Shown piece after piece: positions 13,801 through 23,689 of a stretch of 64,000 nucleotides of DNA. The stretch comes from Mytilus edulis (taxonomy: Eukaryota). The notes below the pieces were generated by a model. The model saw nothing but the letters and a program-made list of their open reading frames with translations, had not been told where the DNA came from and searched no databases. The translations under genes and the position numbers were made by a program. The stretch covers positions 80,538,001-80,602,000 of the forward strand of contig NC_092349.1 in the NCBI RefSeq assembly GCF_963676685.1, in the 5' to 3' direction. The stretch's first letter is position 1, and the number at the start of each line of letters is the position of its first letter.

Positions 13801-14085
13801 GATTCTTAGAATGCATAAAAATTTAAAAATTATACAAAGATTTTTTCCAATCTTGCAGAAGCAGAAAGAGATGATGAGAACCGAATGGATATAATGTTTG
13901 ACAGACTCATGTTGATGGAACTTCGTGAAAACGTTTCTAAGATTGATGCTAAAGCCTTCGCTGAACTGAGAAGTTATAATGACCCACCAAAGATTGTAGT
14001 CAAAATAGTAAAGGCTGTTAGTGCAATATTCTTCCTTGAAAAAGTACAGAATGGTGAACTGGATGACTGGACAAATCTTAGAACA
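1800..14085 (+). CDS. EFCAB5: EF-hand calcium-binding domain-containing protein 5-like; partial (5' exons upstream of window, 3' exons missing at the N-gap). join(1800..1899,2346..2480,3103..3807,4238..4348,5390..5589,6312..6468,8643..8794,9338..9466,9897..10069,10346..10439,10778..10912,12097..12353,12802..13052,13859..14085)
   Basis: All 13 internal introns are GT..AG with matching phases and give 2826 nt with no stop. Peptides such as [36 protein letters not shown] (EF-hand loop), [58 protein letters not shown] and [24 protein letters not shown] (GAF-like) match my recollection of vertebrate EFCAB5. Orthology not confirmed by a search. Confidence 0.88.
2346..2480 (+). CDS. EFCAB5: EFCAB5-like exon b (phase 1-1, acidic)
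   Basis: tttacag|GG ... GAAG|gtatgt; 135 nt. Confidence 0.85.
3103..3807 (+). CDS. EFCAB5: EFCAB5-like exon c, 705-nt symmetric E/K/P/T-rich low-complexity exon
   Basis: T-rich tract + catcag|TT ... GGAAG|gtaatg; open Met-less frame ([16 protein letters not shown]...KPSSE) absent from the ORF track; phase 1-1. Confidence 0.8.
3366..3497 (+). repeat. Coding minisatellite, 4 x 33 bp (SKPTEEVK[G/V]E[E/A])
   Basis: Units start at 3366, 3399, 3432 and 3465: tcaaagcctac(t/a)gaagaggtcaaag(g/t)tgaag(a/c)a. Confidence 0.95.
4238..4348 (+). CDS. EFCAB5: EFCAB5-like exon d (DISVSREQ...TTFDRERT)
   Basis: tgtatag|AT ... ACTG|gtaggt; 111 nt, phase 1-1. Confidence 0.8.
4395..4530 (+). repeat. Intronic 51-bp-period repeat copied from the exon d 3' end plus donor
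   Basis: 4430-4467 matches 4322-4359 at 35/38; further copy at 4481-4518, partial copy at 4395-4418. Confidence 0.9.
5390..5589 (+). CDS. EFCAB5: EFCAB5-like exon e (VMTARSQQ...KMDRLIK)
   Basis: ttttccag|TA ... AAG|gtacca. Confidence 0.85.
5820..5928. repeat. Inverted repeat (29-bp arms) at the end of a probable non-autonomous DNA element (~5670-5930)
   Basis: taagaaataactgtaatattttttctgtc (5820-5848) vs rc of 5900-5928: 27/29. Confidence 0.7.
6312..6468 (+). CDS. EFCAB5: EFCAB5-like exon f, EF-hand ([12 protein letters not shown])
   Basis: tttttag|GCT ... AAGG|gtaagt; 12-residue EF-hand loop with D1, D3, S5, G6, D9, D12. Confidence 0.9.
8145..8182 (+). ncRNA. Hammerhead ribozyme motif (core intact, stem I 5' arm deleted)
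   Basis: CTGATGA-gtc(gtatgta)gac-GAAA-c(gctt)g-TC-tggcgt. Confidence 0.75.
8504..8547 (+). ncRNA. Hammerhead ribozyme motif (stems intact, core U4->C)
   Basis: gcgtca-CCGATGA-gtc(atatgta)gac-GAAA-c(gcac)g-TC-tggcgt; stem I gcgtca/tggcgt. Confidence 0.8.
8643..8794 (+). CDS. EFCAB5: EFCAB5-like exon g (AKTRLKK...FLTNSVE)
   Basis: tttacag|CT ... GAG|gtaaga. Confidence 0.87.
8846..8910 (+). repeat. Intronic copy of the exon g 3' end plus donor
   Basis: 62/65 identity to 8733-8797. Confidence 0.95.
9338..9466 (+). CDS. EFCAB5: EFCAB5-like exon h ([18 protein letters not shown]...FQALYK)
   Basis: cttacag|AGA ... AAG|gtatgc; this frame is not in the ORF track. Confidence 0.88.
9897..10069 (+). 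CDS. EFCAB5: EFCAB5-like exon i ([10 protein letters not shown]...KDMKGI)
   Basis: tttaaag|GAC ... AG|gtaaaa. Confidence 0.88.
10346..10439 (+). CDS. EFCAB5: EFCAB5-like exon j ([32 protein letters not shown])
   Basis: cttgcag|T ... GAG|gtaaag. Confidence 0.87.
10778..10912 (+). CDS. EFCAB5: EFCAB5-like exon k, GAF-like ([13 protein letters not shown]...HEIQYFQ)
   Basis: tttatag|GAC ... CAG|gtaatt. Confidence 0.88.
11404..11792. mobile_element. TTAA-flanked non-autonomous DNA element (Kolobok-like), inserted in a SINE-like 3' remnant
   Basis: TTAA|GG ... CC|TTAA with a degenerate TIR. The flanks rejoin as ctccaccaataaaaacttgcctccatga-TTAA-gctcacaatgctaaaagtggaatgaaacacc, which resembles a mollusc SINE tail (from memory). 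Confidence 0.55.
12097..12353 (+). CDS. EFCAB5: EFCAB5-like exon l ([12 protein letters not shown]...RKDNLF)
   Basis: ctgtag|GGT ... AG|gtgggt. Confidence 0.87.
12802..13052 (+). CDS. EFCAB5: EFCAB5-like exon m (DYLFKTVD...DKNIVL)
   Basis: attgtag|G ... CTAG|gtaagt. Confidence 0.87.
13476..13780 (+). mobile_element. HINE family 1, complete copy
   Basis: T-run + atgcccc..gggcat 5' hairpin, (ctgt/ccat/ccgt) microsatellite, 3' end gggacatccgtgtactgggaaacattcttgtt; inverted copy at 1-260. Confidence 0.75.
13859..14085 (+). CDS. EFCAB5: EFCAB5-like exon n ([19 protein letters not shown]...WTNLRT)
   Basis: cttgcag|AA ... ACA|gtaagt; last exon visible before the gap. Confidence 0.87.
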
Positions 14086-14302
14086 GTAAGTAATTTTAAT
14101 TTATCCTTTACACAGTAACTACATGTATCAATGATGTTTGGGGTAGAAAATGGACAAGTCTCAGAACAGTAAGTCAGATTTAATTAGTCATTTACACAGT
14201 AGACTTTTAAAAAAACAAACAAATCACAGATTTCCTTAGTTGCTGAAATTCAAATAAAAAAAAATAGAACCTGCTTTGAAAGTTCGGTTGCATGATTTCA
14301 AC

Positions 14303-14402
14303 NNNNNNNNNNNNNNNNNNNNNNNNNNNNNNNNNNNNNNNNNNNNNNNNNNNNNNNNNNNNNNNNNNNNNNNNNNNNNNNNNNNNNNNNNNNNNNNNNN
14401 NN
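14303..14402. other. Assembly gap (100 N, probably of unknown true size)
   Basis: Run of exactly 100 N. Confidence 1.
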
Positions 14403-14937
14403 GGAGATAATTTTATTATACATGCAAAAAAGTTTGAAGTTATGCAAAATGCAGAGTATTTTCTCTTACATGCAGCTATCAAAGTTTATACTACAGTATA
14501 ATAATTATATTATAACAAACATTTCTTCTAAGAAAAAGTGTTCTTTATTTTCTAAAACAAATAATTGTTCATTTTGATGTCAGTTTTTGGTCTTGATATT
14601 GAGATACATAATCATTTGTTCTGCATGAAACATAATGTAGATTTTCTACATCAATTTGAAAATTAAGAGTTATTTTATTTTTTGTTATATATTTTTTTTT
14701 TACGTTAAAGTGATATTGGAATAAATGCTATAAACAAATTTAAATACATACTGCCATAATTACACGGGGCAGGATTTGTTGATGGAGTGATTGCTGACAA
14801 TGTAGTAATTTATTTGTCATATGACTCCTAGTGTTTAGTTTTGACATTATCTGTGATATTCTATATGTGATTTCAGTTGTATTTTGTTTTTTTTTTACTT
14901 TTATAATGTACACTAACAGCATTCTACCTGTTCTTGA

Positions 14938-16780
14938 TTTTTAGCTCACCTGGCCCGAAGGGCCAAGTGAGATATTCCCATCACTTTGCGTCCGGCGTCC
15001 GTCGTCGTCGTCCGGCGTCCGGCGTCCGTCGTCCGTCGTCCGTCGTCGTCGTCCGTCGTCGTTTAACTTTTACAAAAATCTTCTCCTCTGAAACTACTGG
15101 GCCAAATTTAATCAAACTTGACCAAAATCATCATTGGGGTATCTAGTTTAAAAAATGTGTGGCGTGACCCGGTCAACCAACCAAGATGGCCGCCACGGCT
15201 AAAAATAGAACATAGGGGTAAAATGCAGTTTTTGCTTATAACTCAAAAACCAAAGCATTTAGAGCAAATCTGACATGGGGAAATATGTTTATCAGGTCAA
15301 GATCTATCTGCCCTGAAATTTTCAGATGAATCGGTCAACCTGTTGTTGGGTTGCTGCCCCTGAATTGGTCATTTTGAGGAAATTTTGCTGTTTTTGGTTA
15401 TTATCTTGAATATTATTATAGATAGAGATAAGCTGTAAACAGCAATAATGTTTGGCAAAGTTAGATTTACAAGTAAGTCAACATGACCGAAATGGTCAGT
15501 TGACCCCTTTAGGAGTTATTGCCCTTTATAGTCAATTTTTAACCATTTTTCATAAATCTAAGTAATCTTTTACAAAAATCTTCTCCTCTGAAACTACTGG
15601 GCCAAATTAATCCAAACTTGGCCACAATCATCATTGGGGTATCTAGTTTAAAAAATGTGTGGCGTGACCCGGTCAACCAACCAAGATGGCCGCCACGGCT
15701 AAAAATAGAACATAGGGGTAAAATGCAGTTTTTGGCTTATAACTCAAAAACCAAAGCATTTAGAGCAAATCTGATGTGGGGTTAAAATGTTTATCAGGTC
15801 AAGATCTATCTGCCCTGAAATTTTCAGATGAATCGGTCAACCTGTTGTTGGGTTGCTGCCCCTGAATTGGTAATTTTGAGGAAATTTTGCCGTTTTTGGT
15901 TATTATCTTGAATATTATTATAGATAGAGATAAACTGTAAACAGCAATAATGTTCAGCAAAGTAAGATTTACAAATAAGTCAACATGACGGAAATGGTCA
16001 GTTGACCCCTTTAGGAGTTATTGCCCTTTATAGTCAATTTTTAACCATTTTTCGTAAATCTTAGTTATCTTTTACAAAAATCTTCTCCTCTGAAACTACT
16101 GGGCCAAATTAAATCAAACTTGGCCACAATCATCTTTGAGGTACCTTGTTTGAAAAATGTGTCCAATGACCTGGCCATCCAACCAAGATGGCCACCACGG
16201 CTAAAAATAGAACAGGGGTAAAATGTAGTTTTTTGCTTACAACTCTGAAACCAAATCATTTAGAGGAAATCTGACAAGGAGTTTAATTGTTAATCAAGTC
16301 AATATATATCTGCCCTGAAATATTCAAATGAATTGGACAACCTGTTGTTGGGTTGCTGCCCTCCAATTGGTAATTTTTAAAGAAATTTTGCTGTTTTTGG
16401 TTATTATCTTGAATACTATTATAGATAGCGATAAACTGTAAACAGCGATAATGTTCATCAAAGTAAGATCTACAAATAAGTCCACATGACCTAAATGGTC
16501 AATTGACCCCTTAAGGAGTTATTGCCCTTTATAGTCAATTTTTAACAATTTTCATTAATTTGGTAAATTTATGTAAATTTTTACCAAATATTTTTCTCAC
16601 TTACTAATGGGCAAAGTTCATTATAGATATAATTGTAAGAAGCAAGAATGTTCAGTAAAGTAAGAACTTCAAACACATCACCATCACCAAAATACAATTT
16701 TGTCATGAATCCATTTGTGTCCTTTGTTAAATATGCACATAGACCAAGGTGAGCGACACAGGCTCTTTAGAGCCTCTAGT
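14938..16780 (+). mobile_element. HINE family 2 with three ~500-bp internal tandem units
   Basis: 5' ttttagctcacctggcccgaagggcca hairpin, (GTC/CGT)n microsatellite, units starting at 15067, 15567 and 16069, subterminal IR gctcacct/aggtgagc, 3' hairpin aggctctttagagcct + ctagt. Confidence 0.85.
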
Positions 16781-18061
16781 ATACCACTGTTGGCAAAATT
16801 ATTCATTTATTAGATTTTATCCACTAAAATTTGGTAAATTATTCTTTTTTAGCAATTTAAAATGTGTGTATATTTTCCACTTGTTATAACATAAAAACAA
16901 TTATAATTTCTATAGTTATGCACATCATATGGCCAAAATTTACTCCAGCATTGAAACCATTATAAGAGAATGATACAACTGCCATATTCTTTAACAGTGT
17001 TGTAAGAAAAAACGTATGCCTTAAATAGTATGCCAAATATAATTCATTATTATATGTTTATTGTTGAATGTTGAAGTATCAGATTTTATTAAATATGAAA
17101 AAACATTATCTGTTCTGTTTTGTATTTGTCTTGCAAAATTATTCAATACATTGTACCTTATGATTTATTGATAACAGGCTCAAAAATTTATAAAAGGCTC
17201 AGATTCTCCCATTCTTAAAATAATTTTCAAAAATAAAATCCATTAGATTAAAGCTTGTTCAATTCAAATAGTTCTCTTGAAAACAGTCATTCTTATTTGC
17301 AGTCATTTATGAGGATAGTTTTATTGCCATTGAATACCACAAATCATTATCCAACTAGGGTAGAACCACAAGTATTGTTTGTATTAATGTTTCAAAATGT
17401 TTATTAAAATCAAAAACAATTTCACAATAGCATTCTTTTTACAGATTTTATTGCCTTGATAACTTAGTATTAACAGTTATCTTCTAAAGAAATATTTTTC
17501 ACTCATATTTGGTTAAAGAGAACATAAAGTTTCAAGAAGTTAATTTAGGAAACAAGCATTATGACAGTTTCTGTCTACTCAGCTGCCTTAACTCCAAATT
17601 TAACTTTTATAGGATATAAAGACCAGACATATCTCTGTGTGAACAGTTTATTGACAATTTTAAGTCTAGTATATCTTAGATGCCATAAGCAATACATCAA
17701 CTACATTTAATGTATTGAATGGTTGTAAAGTGCACATGTCAGTCTGGCAAAGTTAATCTAGCATGGTTCATTGGCAGAAGTTTAGTTTTTGTGGTAATGT
17801 TCAGTTCCCAGATCCAATAAGCACTAGGTTAATTAAATCTTTATCTGCTGTATGTGATCAAATTCCGGCAGTATTTATCTGACCTTTATATTTTCCTGGT
17901 TCATTGGTCGGTGGTTGTTTTTTCGTGTGTAAGATATCTCAAATACTTTCAGCAATAGGTCATCTAATTTTGAATATGGAATGATTGTGACGTTCTGTAT
18001 CTGTATGTATACGTTGAAGACACTAATTCTGGCTTTTACTCAACGGGAGAGAGAGAGACAC

Positions 18062-21000
18062 CTATTGGCGGTGTTGGAGAGCAGCCTTGAAGCTCTCAAC
18101 TGTATCTGCGCATACAGTACGGTCTTCCAGTTGGTTCCAGTGTAGTATGCTCTTGACAAAGAAAGAGTTCTTATATGGATCGGTGTTGCTAGAAATAGTT
18201 TCTAGTGCCTTCGTATTGTTCTTCACTGAATTTGTCACTATATTGGCACTTACACAATTGTCAAATGTTTTAGGTTTCATTTTTCTCTTCGGTTGACTTT
18301 TAACAAGAAAATCTTCGGGATTAATAGCTGGGACCAACCCCTCAATCACTTTGTACAGAAATACCAGCCGTTGACTTGTTCTTCTCGTTTGTAGGTTGTC
18401 TAGTTCTAACTCGGGTAGCATTTTGGTGACCGACCTCTCTTCTCTAGACCTATAGTCACCTGTAATGAATCTAGCTGATCTGCGTTGTATTCTTTCCAAT
18501 TGATTTATATCATGTTGTGTATATGGGTCCCATATTATGGCACCATATTCCATAGTTGATCGTACTAATGATATATATGTTGTCTTTTTGCAATCTTTTG
18601 GGAAGAAGCGTAGATTTCTTCTTAGAAAGCCGAGTGTCGAATTGTCTTTCTTGGCTATATGTAAGATAATATTGCGTGGTCCAATTTAGGTCTTCTGATA
18701 TTATTTAGCGTAGGTATGGGTTGTGTTGGACTTGTTGTAGTACATGTCCGTCTAGGCTGTACATCTTCTGGCTTTTGTTCTTAAGGCTAAGTATATATCA
18801 CTTCTTTGCATTGAAGCGCATGCCCTAGGTATTGGCCCATACATCTGGGTTTTGGAAGTCTCGCTGTAGGAGTGTGTGGTCATGTTGGATATTTATGTTC
18901 CTGTACAGGAGGCAGTCATCTGCGAAAAGTCTGCACGATGATTGTACGGCATCTGGAAGGTCGTTAATGAGGCAGAGAAAGAGAAGGGGTCCTAGTACTG
19001 TACCTTGTGGTACACCGGAGTCAACTGAAGCTTCTTCTGACTCCTCCCCATCTACGACAGCTTTCATTTTCCTTTGGGTTAGGAACACTTCCAACCATTT
19101 GTTCAGTGGTCCTCTTATACCGTATTCATTCATTTTGTGCAGCAGTTTGTTGTGTGGCACAGTGTCAAATGCTTTGGAGAAGTCCAGGATAGCTACACCA
19201 ATTTGTTTTCCTGCGTCAAAGGCTTTCATGAAGTCATGTAGTGTGACTAGCAGTTGGGTTTCACAGGAATATCCTGGCCTGAAGCCATGGTTTAGTGATG
19301 TAAGTATTATGTGCTTCTCTAGATGTTTAAGTATATGTCTACAGATAATATGTTCCAGTAGCTTGCATGGTACAGATGTTAGTGATACTGGTCTGTAGTT
19401 TTGTGGTGCATGTTTATCTCCCTTTTTGAAGACACTTGATAAATTTGCGTTTAGCCAGTCTCTTGGTAGTGTACCAGTGTTGGATGATTTTTTGGAATAT
19501 CATTGTAAGTTGTTTTGAGCATTCTTTCAATATAAGGTTTGGTATGCCGTCTGGTCCTGATGCCTTGGATGTATTCAATTTTTTCAGCAGCTTTTCGACT
19601 CCTTCTGATCTTATGTCTAAAGGAGGTATTGTGCTTTTTATATGCTTTGATGTTGCTGGCAGAGTTTTGTCTTTATCTCTTGTGAATATTGAACTGAATT
19701 GTTTAATCAGTAATTCTGCTTTCCCTTTGCTGTCATTGATTAGGTGTCCATTGCTTTTAAGGGGTGTTATTCCTATGTTGTCCTGTTTTCTTGATTTAAC
19801 ATATTTCCAGAAGGGTTTTGAGTTGTTGTTTTCTAGCCCTTCTAGGATTGTGGTGTTGATGTAGTTATACTCAGCTTTCCTGATTTGCCTCTTACATTCT
19901 TTTTGAAAATGTCTATAGTTGGTCCAGTTGTTAGTTTTCTTTGCCTGTTGATATAGCCTTGTTTTCTTTTTAAACATTTTCCTGGTTTTATGATTGATTC
20001 AGGGTAGACTGTTTTTAGATCGGATGAGTTTTGATGGTATATGGCTGTCAAGGTTCGAATAGAGGTCTGTCTTGAACTTGTCCCATAGTTCCTGTACTGT
20101 GGCGCCTATGTGGTATTTCAATGATGTTGGTTGAAAGGATAGTCAGGTCTTTGTGTAGATCTTCCCATTTTGCTTTGGAGTATATATAGCATTTGCGTGG
20201 CTTCTTACTCTAATAATGTGGGTTTGTGTCGCAGTCTGTTACAATCATATTGTGGTCAGATATTCATGGAGCATTAGAAGATGTTTTAATAAGTGACGGG
20301 TTTGAAGTCGGTACTGTGTCCAGTAAGTTAATTATTGCCTCTTGTTGGTGTTTCGTGTATCTGTGTTAGTGAATGTGATATGATAACTTCCATTAGGGAT
20401 ATTTGGATTCCCTTTTCTTGTGAATTTTGGTTTACTAACATGGTGTTCCAGTTTATGTCTGGGCAGTTGAAATCTCCAGTTAGCATGGTGGTTTGATTTT
20501 TGTTTAAAATATGGTCTAATGATTTATCTAATTCCTTTATGTGTTCCATATTACGGTGTGGCATATAGAATGAGCCTATTGTGAGATCTCTTTTGTCTTT
20601 CAGTTGTATCTTTACCCATTCTATCTCACATTTTGTTACAAACTCTGGTTTTTCAATTGCAATAATGTGTCGTTTTGTACAAGAATGAAAACACCGCCTC
20701 CCAGTGTACCTCGATCATTTCTGTGGGCTGTGTAGTTTTCTGGAAAAACTTCAATAGATTTAATTGCATCTTTAGTTGGTTTTTTTCCAGGATGTTCTCC
20801 TTTCAACCATGTCAGGCTTGATGTAGTTGACTGCAGCTGAAAATTCAGATGTCTTGTCCTTGATGCTTCTACAGTTCAGTGTAAGGATTCTTAAGTTTTG
20901 TTTCTTTGGTATATTGAATACTTTGCTGCTGTTTGTTCTGTTTTTGCTTTTATTACTCTTTGATGTGTTGTTATTCATTGAATTATTTCCCTTTGGGCTG

Positions 21001-21542
21001 CTGGCTTTTAGTGGACTGAATGCATTTGACGTAATTGATTCAAATGTGCTGTTGTTGGTTAAAGGATCATAATAGTTTGAAGTGTTCAATTCGTAATTAT
21101 GAAAAGTGAAATTAGGAACGTTGATGCTTTCACATTTACAACATAGCCAGTGTACATTAGATCTTTGCAGTAGGTCGTAGTCTGCACATCATAATTCTAT
21201 ACATGTTTTGTGATGCCAGATGTGACAGTCGCCACAACATACTCCTTTGCAGTTCCATGTGACTGGGTGTTCACAAAGTCCACATGGGTAGATACTTTGT
21301 TGTTTTGTTCTTGGTCCAGGGTTTTGCTCTATGTCCCCTGCAAGGAGGAGAATAAGTATGACCATTGCATAGTTCTTATTCGACTTAACAGGTAGTGTCA
21401 TTGGTTTACGGCCTGATAATGACCATTTGTTGTTTAATAGATTTGTAAGTATGTGACGATGGTCCCATGATTTTTCATTGAAGATGGATTGCCCAATGTC
21501 ATATATCAGAGTCACTGCTATAATCAAAGTAAATATTTTCAT
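18062..21542 (-). pseudogene. LINE ORF2 (leader-2A-PHD-APE endonuclease-reverse transcriptase), disrupted
   Basis: ORF-track pieces 21189-21542, 20772-21089, 20328-20564, 19414-19977, 18825-19229 and 18062-18553 are collinear parts of one pol. Confidence 0.9.
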
Positions 21543-21650
21543 CTTGTATGATATTCTGTGAGTATCAAGCTTTTATAAATGTTGGGTTACTGTTGATGTC
21601 TTCAGTTTAGTTCATAAGAGCCCGTGCTGACTGAAACACAACAACAGCAA

Positions 21651-22440
21651 TTACCAACAGTTAAGTTAAGCTTGCACAGTGATCTTCTTTAACCAGGTTT
21701 TCGCTAATAGGTTGTCTGTGTGGATTCCGTCAGCGTATAAGTTATAGTTATATGATGTTTGTTGATGTTCTATGGTCTCCTTTTTTATATTTAGATTTTG
21801 TCTGTAAATCGTTTGAAAATTTTGGAGAGTGACTATTTATGCTGGTATTTAGTTCTTTGATTTTGAAGTTTAGTCTGATGACTTGATCTGCAAGTATGTT
21901 GTTCTGTTCTTTAAATTCTTCAGGTATTTTGTGTTTAAGATGGCAGTTCCAGCGGTAGATTGAGTATACCGGTGTTTCAAGTATTGTTATTTTGCAGTTA
22001 TCGTATTGTTGGACTAATTCAATAATTTTATTGTAGTAATCTATCAGATGATTTATAGTTTCATCAGTGTAGGTGTTGATTGAAATATATTTCTTGTTAT
22101 AAGATGTTAGGTCACAAGTGCCTAGCCAGACATATATCCATATAGCTCCTAATTCTCTAGTTTTAATATTTAGGGTTGTTTGTAGTCATTTAAGTCGGTC
22201 GACTATTTTAGCGCCACTCTTGCACCACCAGATAACTTCTTTTTCTACTGTGTGGGATCTTTTTACATGGTTTTTGAGCCAATTTCATTTACTGTCCGAA
22301 AATACTACAGGTGTATATTTCTTTTTGGTAGTTTGCTGTTCCTTGATGATGTTCAGGACTTTTACCAGTTTAGAGTTTGACATTTGCTAGTTGACAGTTG
22401 TTTCTTTTGTTAGGTTCTGTACAAAGCGATATATTTGGAT
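21651..22440 (-). pseudogene. LINE ORF1, SGNH/GDSL esterase-like, disrupted
   Basis: Hand translation of the minus strand: VVFSDSK (FSDS at 22291-22302), WLGTCD (22111-22128), YADGIH (DGIH at 21720-21731), i.e. SGNH blocks I, III and V. Confidence 0.7.
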
Positions 22441-22999
22441 GATTTACCAGATAATTAATTTAATGCACCATAATTACTTTTTACGGTTCCGTGATAAATA
22501 ATATTTTTTTTTTTTTTTTTTGTAAACAAAGATGGCGGATGAAAATTTCGCTCACAGTTCAAGTTCAAGTAAATGTGACAATTAAATTAAATGCACACTT
22601 TTAAATCGGTATCAATGGTGCGTATCAATGTTTTGAAGTGTTTTGGTATGAAAAATGTTCAAATGCAATGTATATTCCTGATAATATCTCTATTTTTCTT
22701 CTTTCTTCGTCGCGATTGGAAGATTCAGTGGCAACGTCCTTTCTCTGGTACTATAAGCGATAGGTAAACTGTATTTTGTTTATGAAACGATTTACAGGTG
22801 TTCACAATTTGATGGGGTAAATCCGATCTTGACCTTATGTTCATGTTCATTGGGCAATAGTAAGGTTTTATGATCATGTCTATATCTGAAATACTTAAAT
22901 GAAAATAACTTTTTATGGTGTGTCTGGCATGGCTCATAAGCTGACATTGACTTCATTTTCCGTATTGCTTTAATCAACAATCTGATACTATAAGATCCT

Positions 23000-23180
23000 A
23001 TAAATAAAGGCAACAGTAGTATACCGCTGTTCAAAACTCGTAAATCCATGGACAAAAAACAAAATCAGGGTAACAAACTAAAACTGAGGGAAACGCATTA
23101 AATATAAGAGGAGAACAACGACACAACATTAAAATGTAACACACACAGAAACGGACTAAGCATTAGACAAAATCCGATGA
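23000..23180. repeat. Short interspersed repeat (aaaggcaacagtagtataccgctg family)
   Basis: rc copies at ~50140-50300 and ~45300-45395. Confidence 0.7.
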
Positions 23181-23689
23181 GCTATATATGTACTATATTT
23201 GTTGTATGGGATGATTCTGTCAGTAAATGTTCATTTCGTAGGGTTAACCTGACAACGGCATGACATTATGAAGTCGAGGCATTGTAGCGTGTATATTTCC
23301 ATTGATGGCCTTCGGCTGTTTGGTCGGGTTTTAGTCTACTTGACACATTCCCCATTTTCATTCTTAATTTTACAATACATGTAATTGTTTCTCAGAATAT
23401 TTTGTTCTGCTGGTGTTTTTTTTTTAAATTTAGATCTAATTTCACCCTTTTACTTATGGTAGCATGGTCATGTCCCATTTTCAAACTAGTTAACCTATTT
23501 TAAAGTTTTTTTTTAAAGCAGACAATTCTGTAACATGGGCGAAATTTACTTCAGTTGCGGATGTGCTATTTTATTTTATTTTAATGATTATATAGCTGAT
23601 GAAATATTTGGACCACTGACAACATCAACTCTTCTTAATGGGAGACTACTGAAAATAAACTTATCATAAATACTAGATTTGAATTTTTT

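Larger units (their letters stand above)
17994..22445 (-). mobile_element. CR1-clade LINE, near full length, decayed
   Basis: ORF1 esterase motifs; ORF2 with PHD, APE (LTLNCRSIKDK, GDFNCPDINW, SDH) and RT (LDFSKAFDTVPH, GVPQGTVLGPLLF, FADD); 3' stem cgttga..tcaacg and (ATACAG)-type tail; many frameshifts and stops. Confidence 0.9.

Noticed and set aside
15067-16570. Regular repeats as a CRISPR array
   Set aside because: ~500-bp tandem units with no unique spacers, in a eukaryotic context with no cas genes.
21189-21191. In-frame TGA inside the LINE PHD finger (IEL*CADYDLL) as possible selenocysteine or readthrough
   Set aside because: The element has many other stops and frameshifts and I saw no SECIS; a simple nonsense mutation is more parsimonious.
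18087-21395. Plus-strand ORFs overlapping the LINE (e.g. 18832..19398, 19436..19864)
   Set aside because: Antisense shadows of ORF2.
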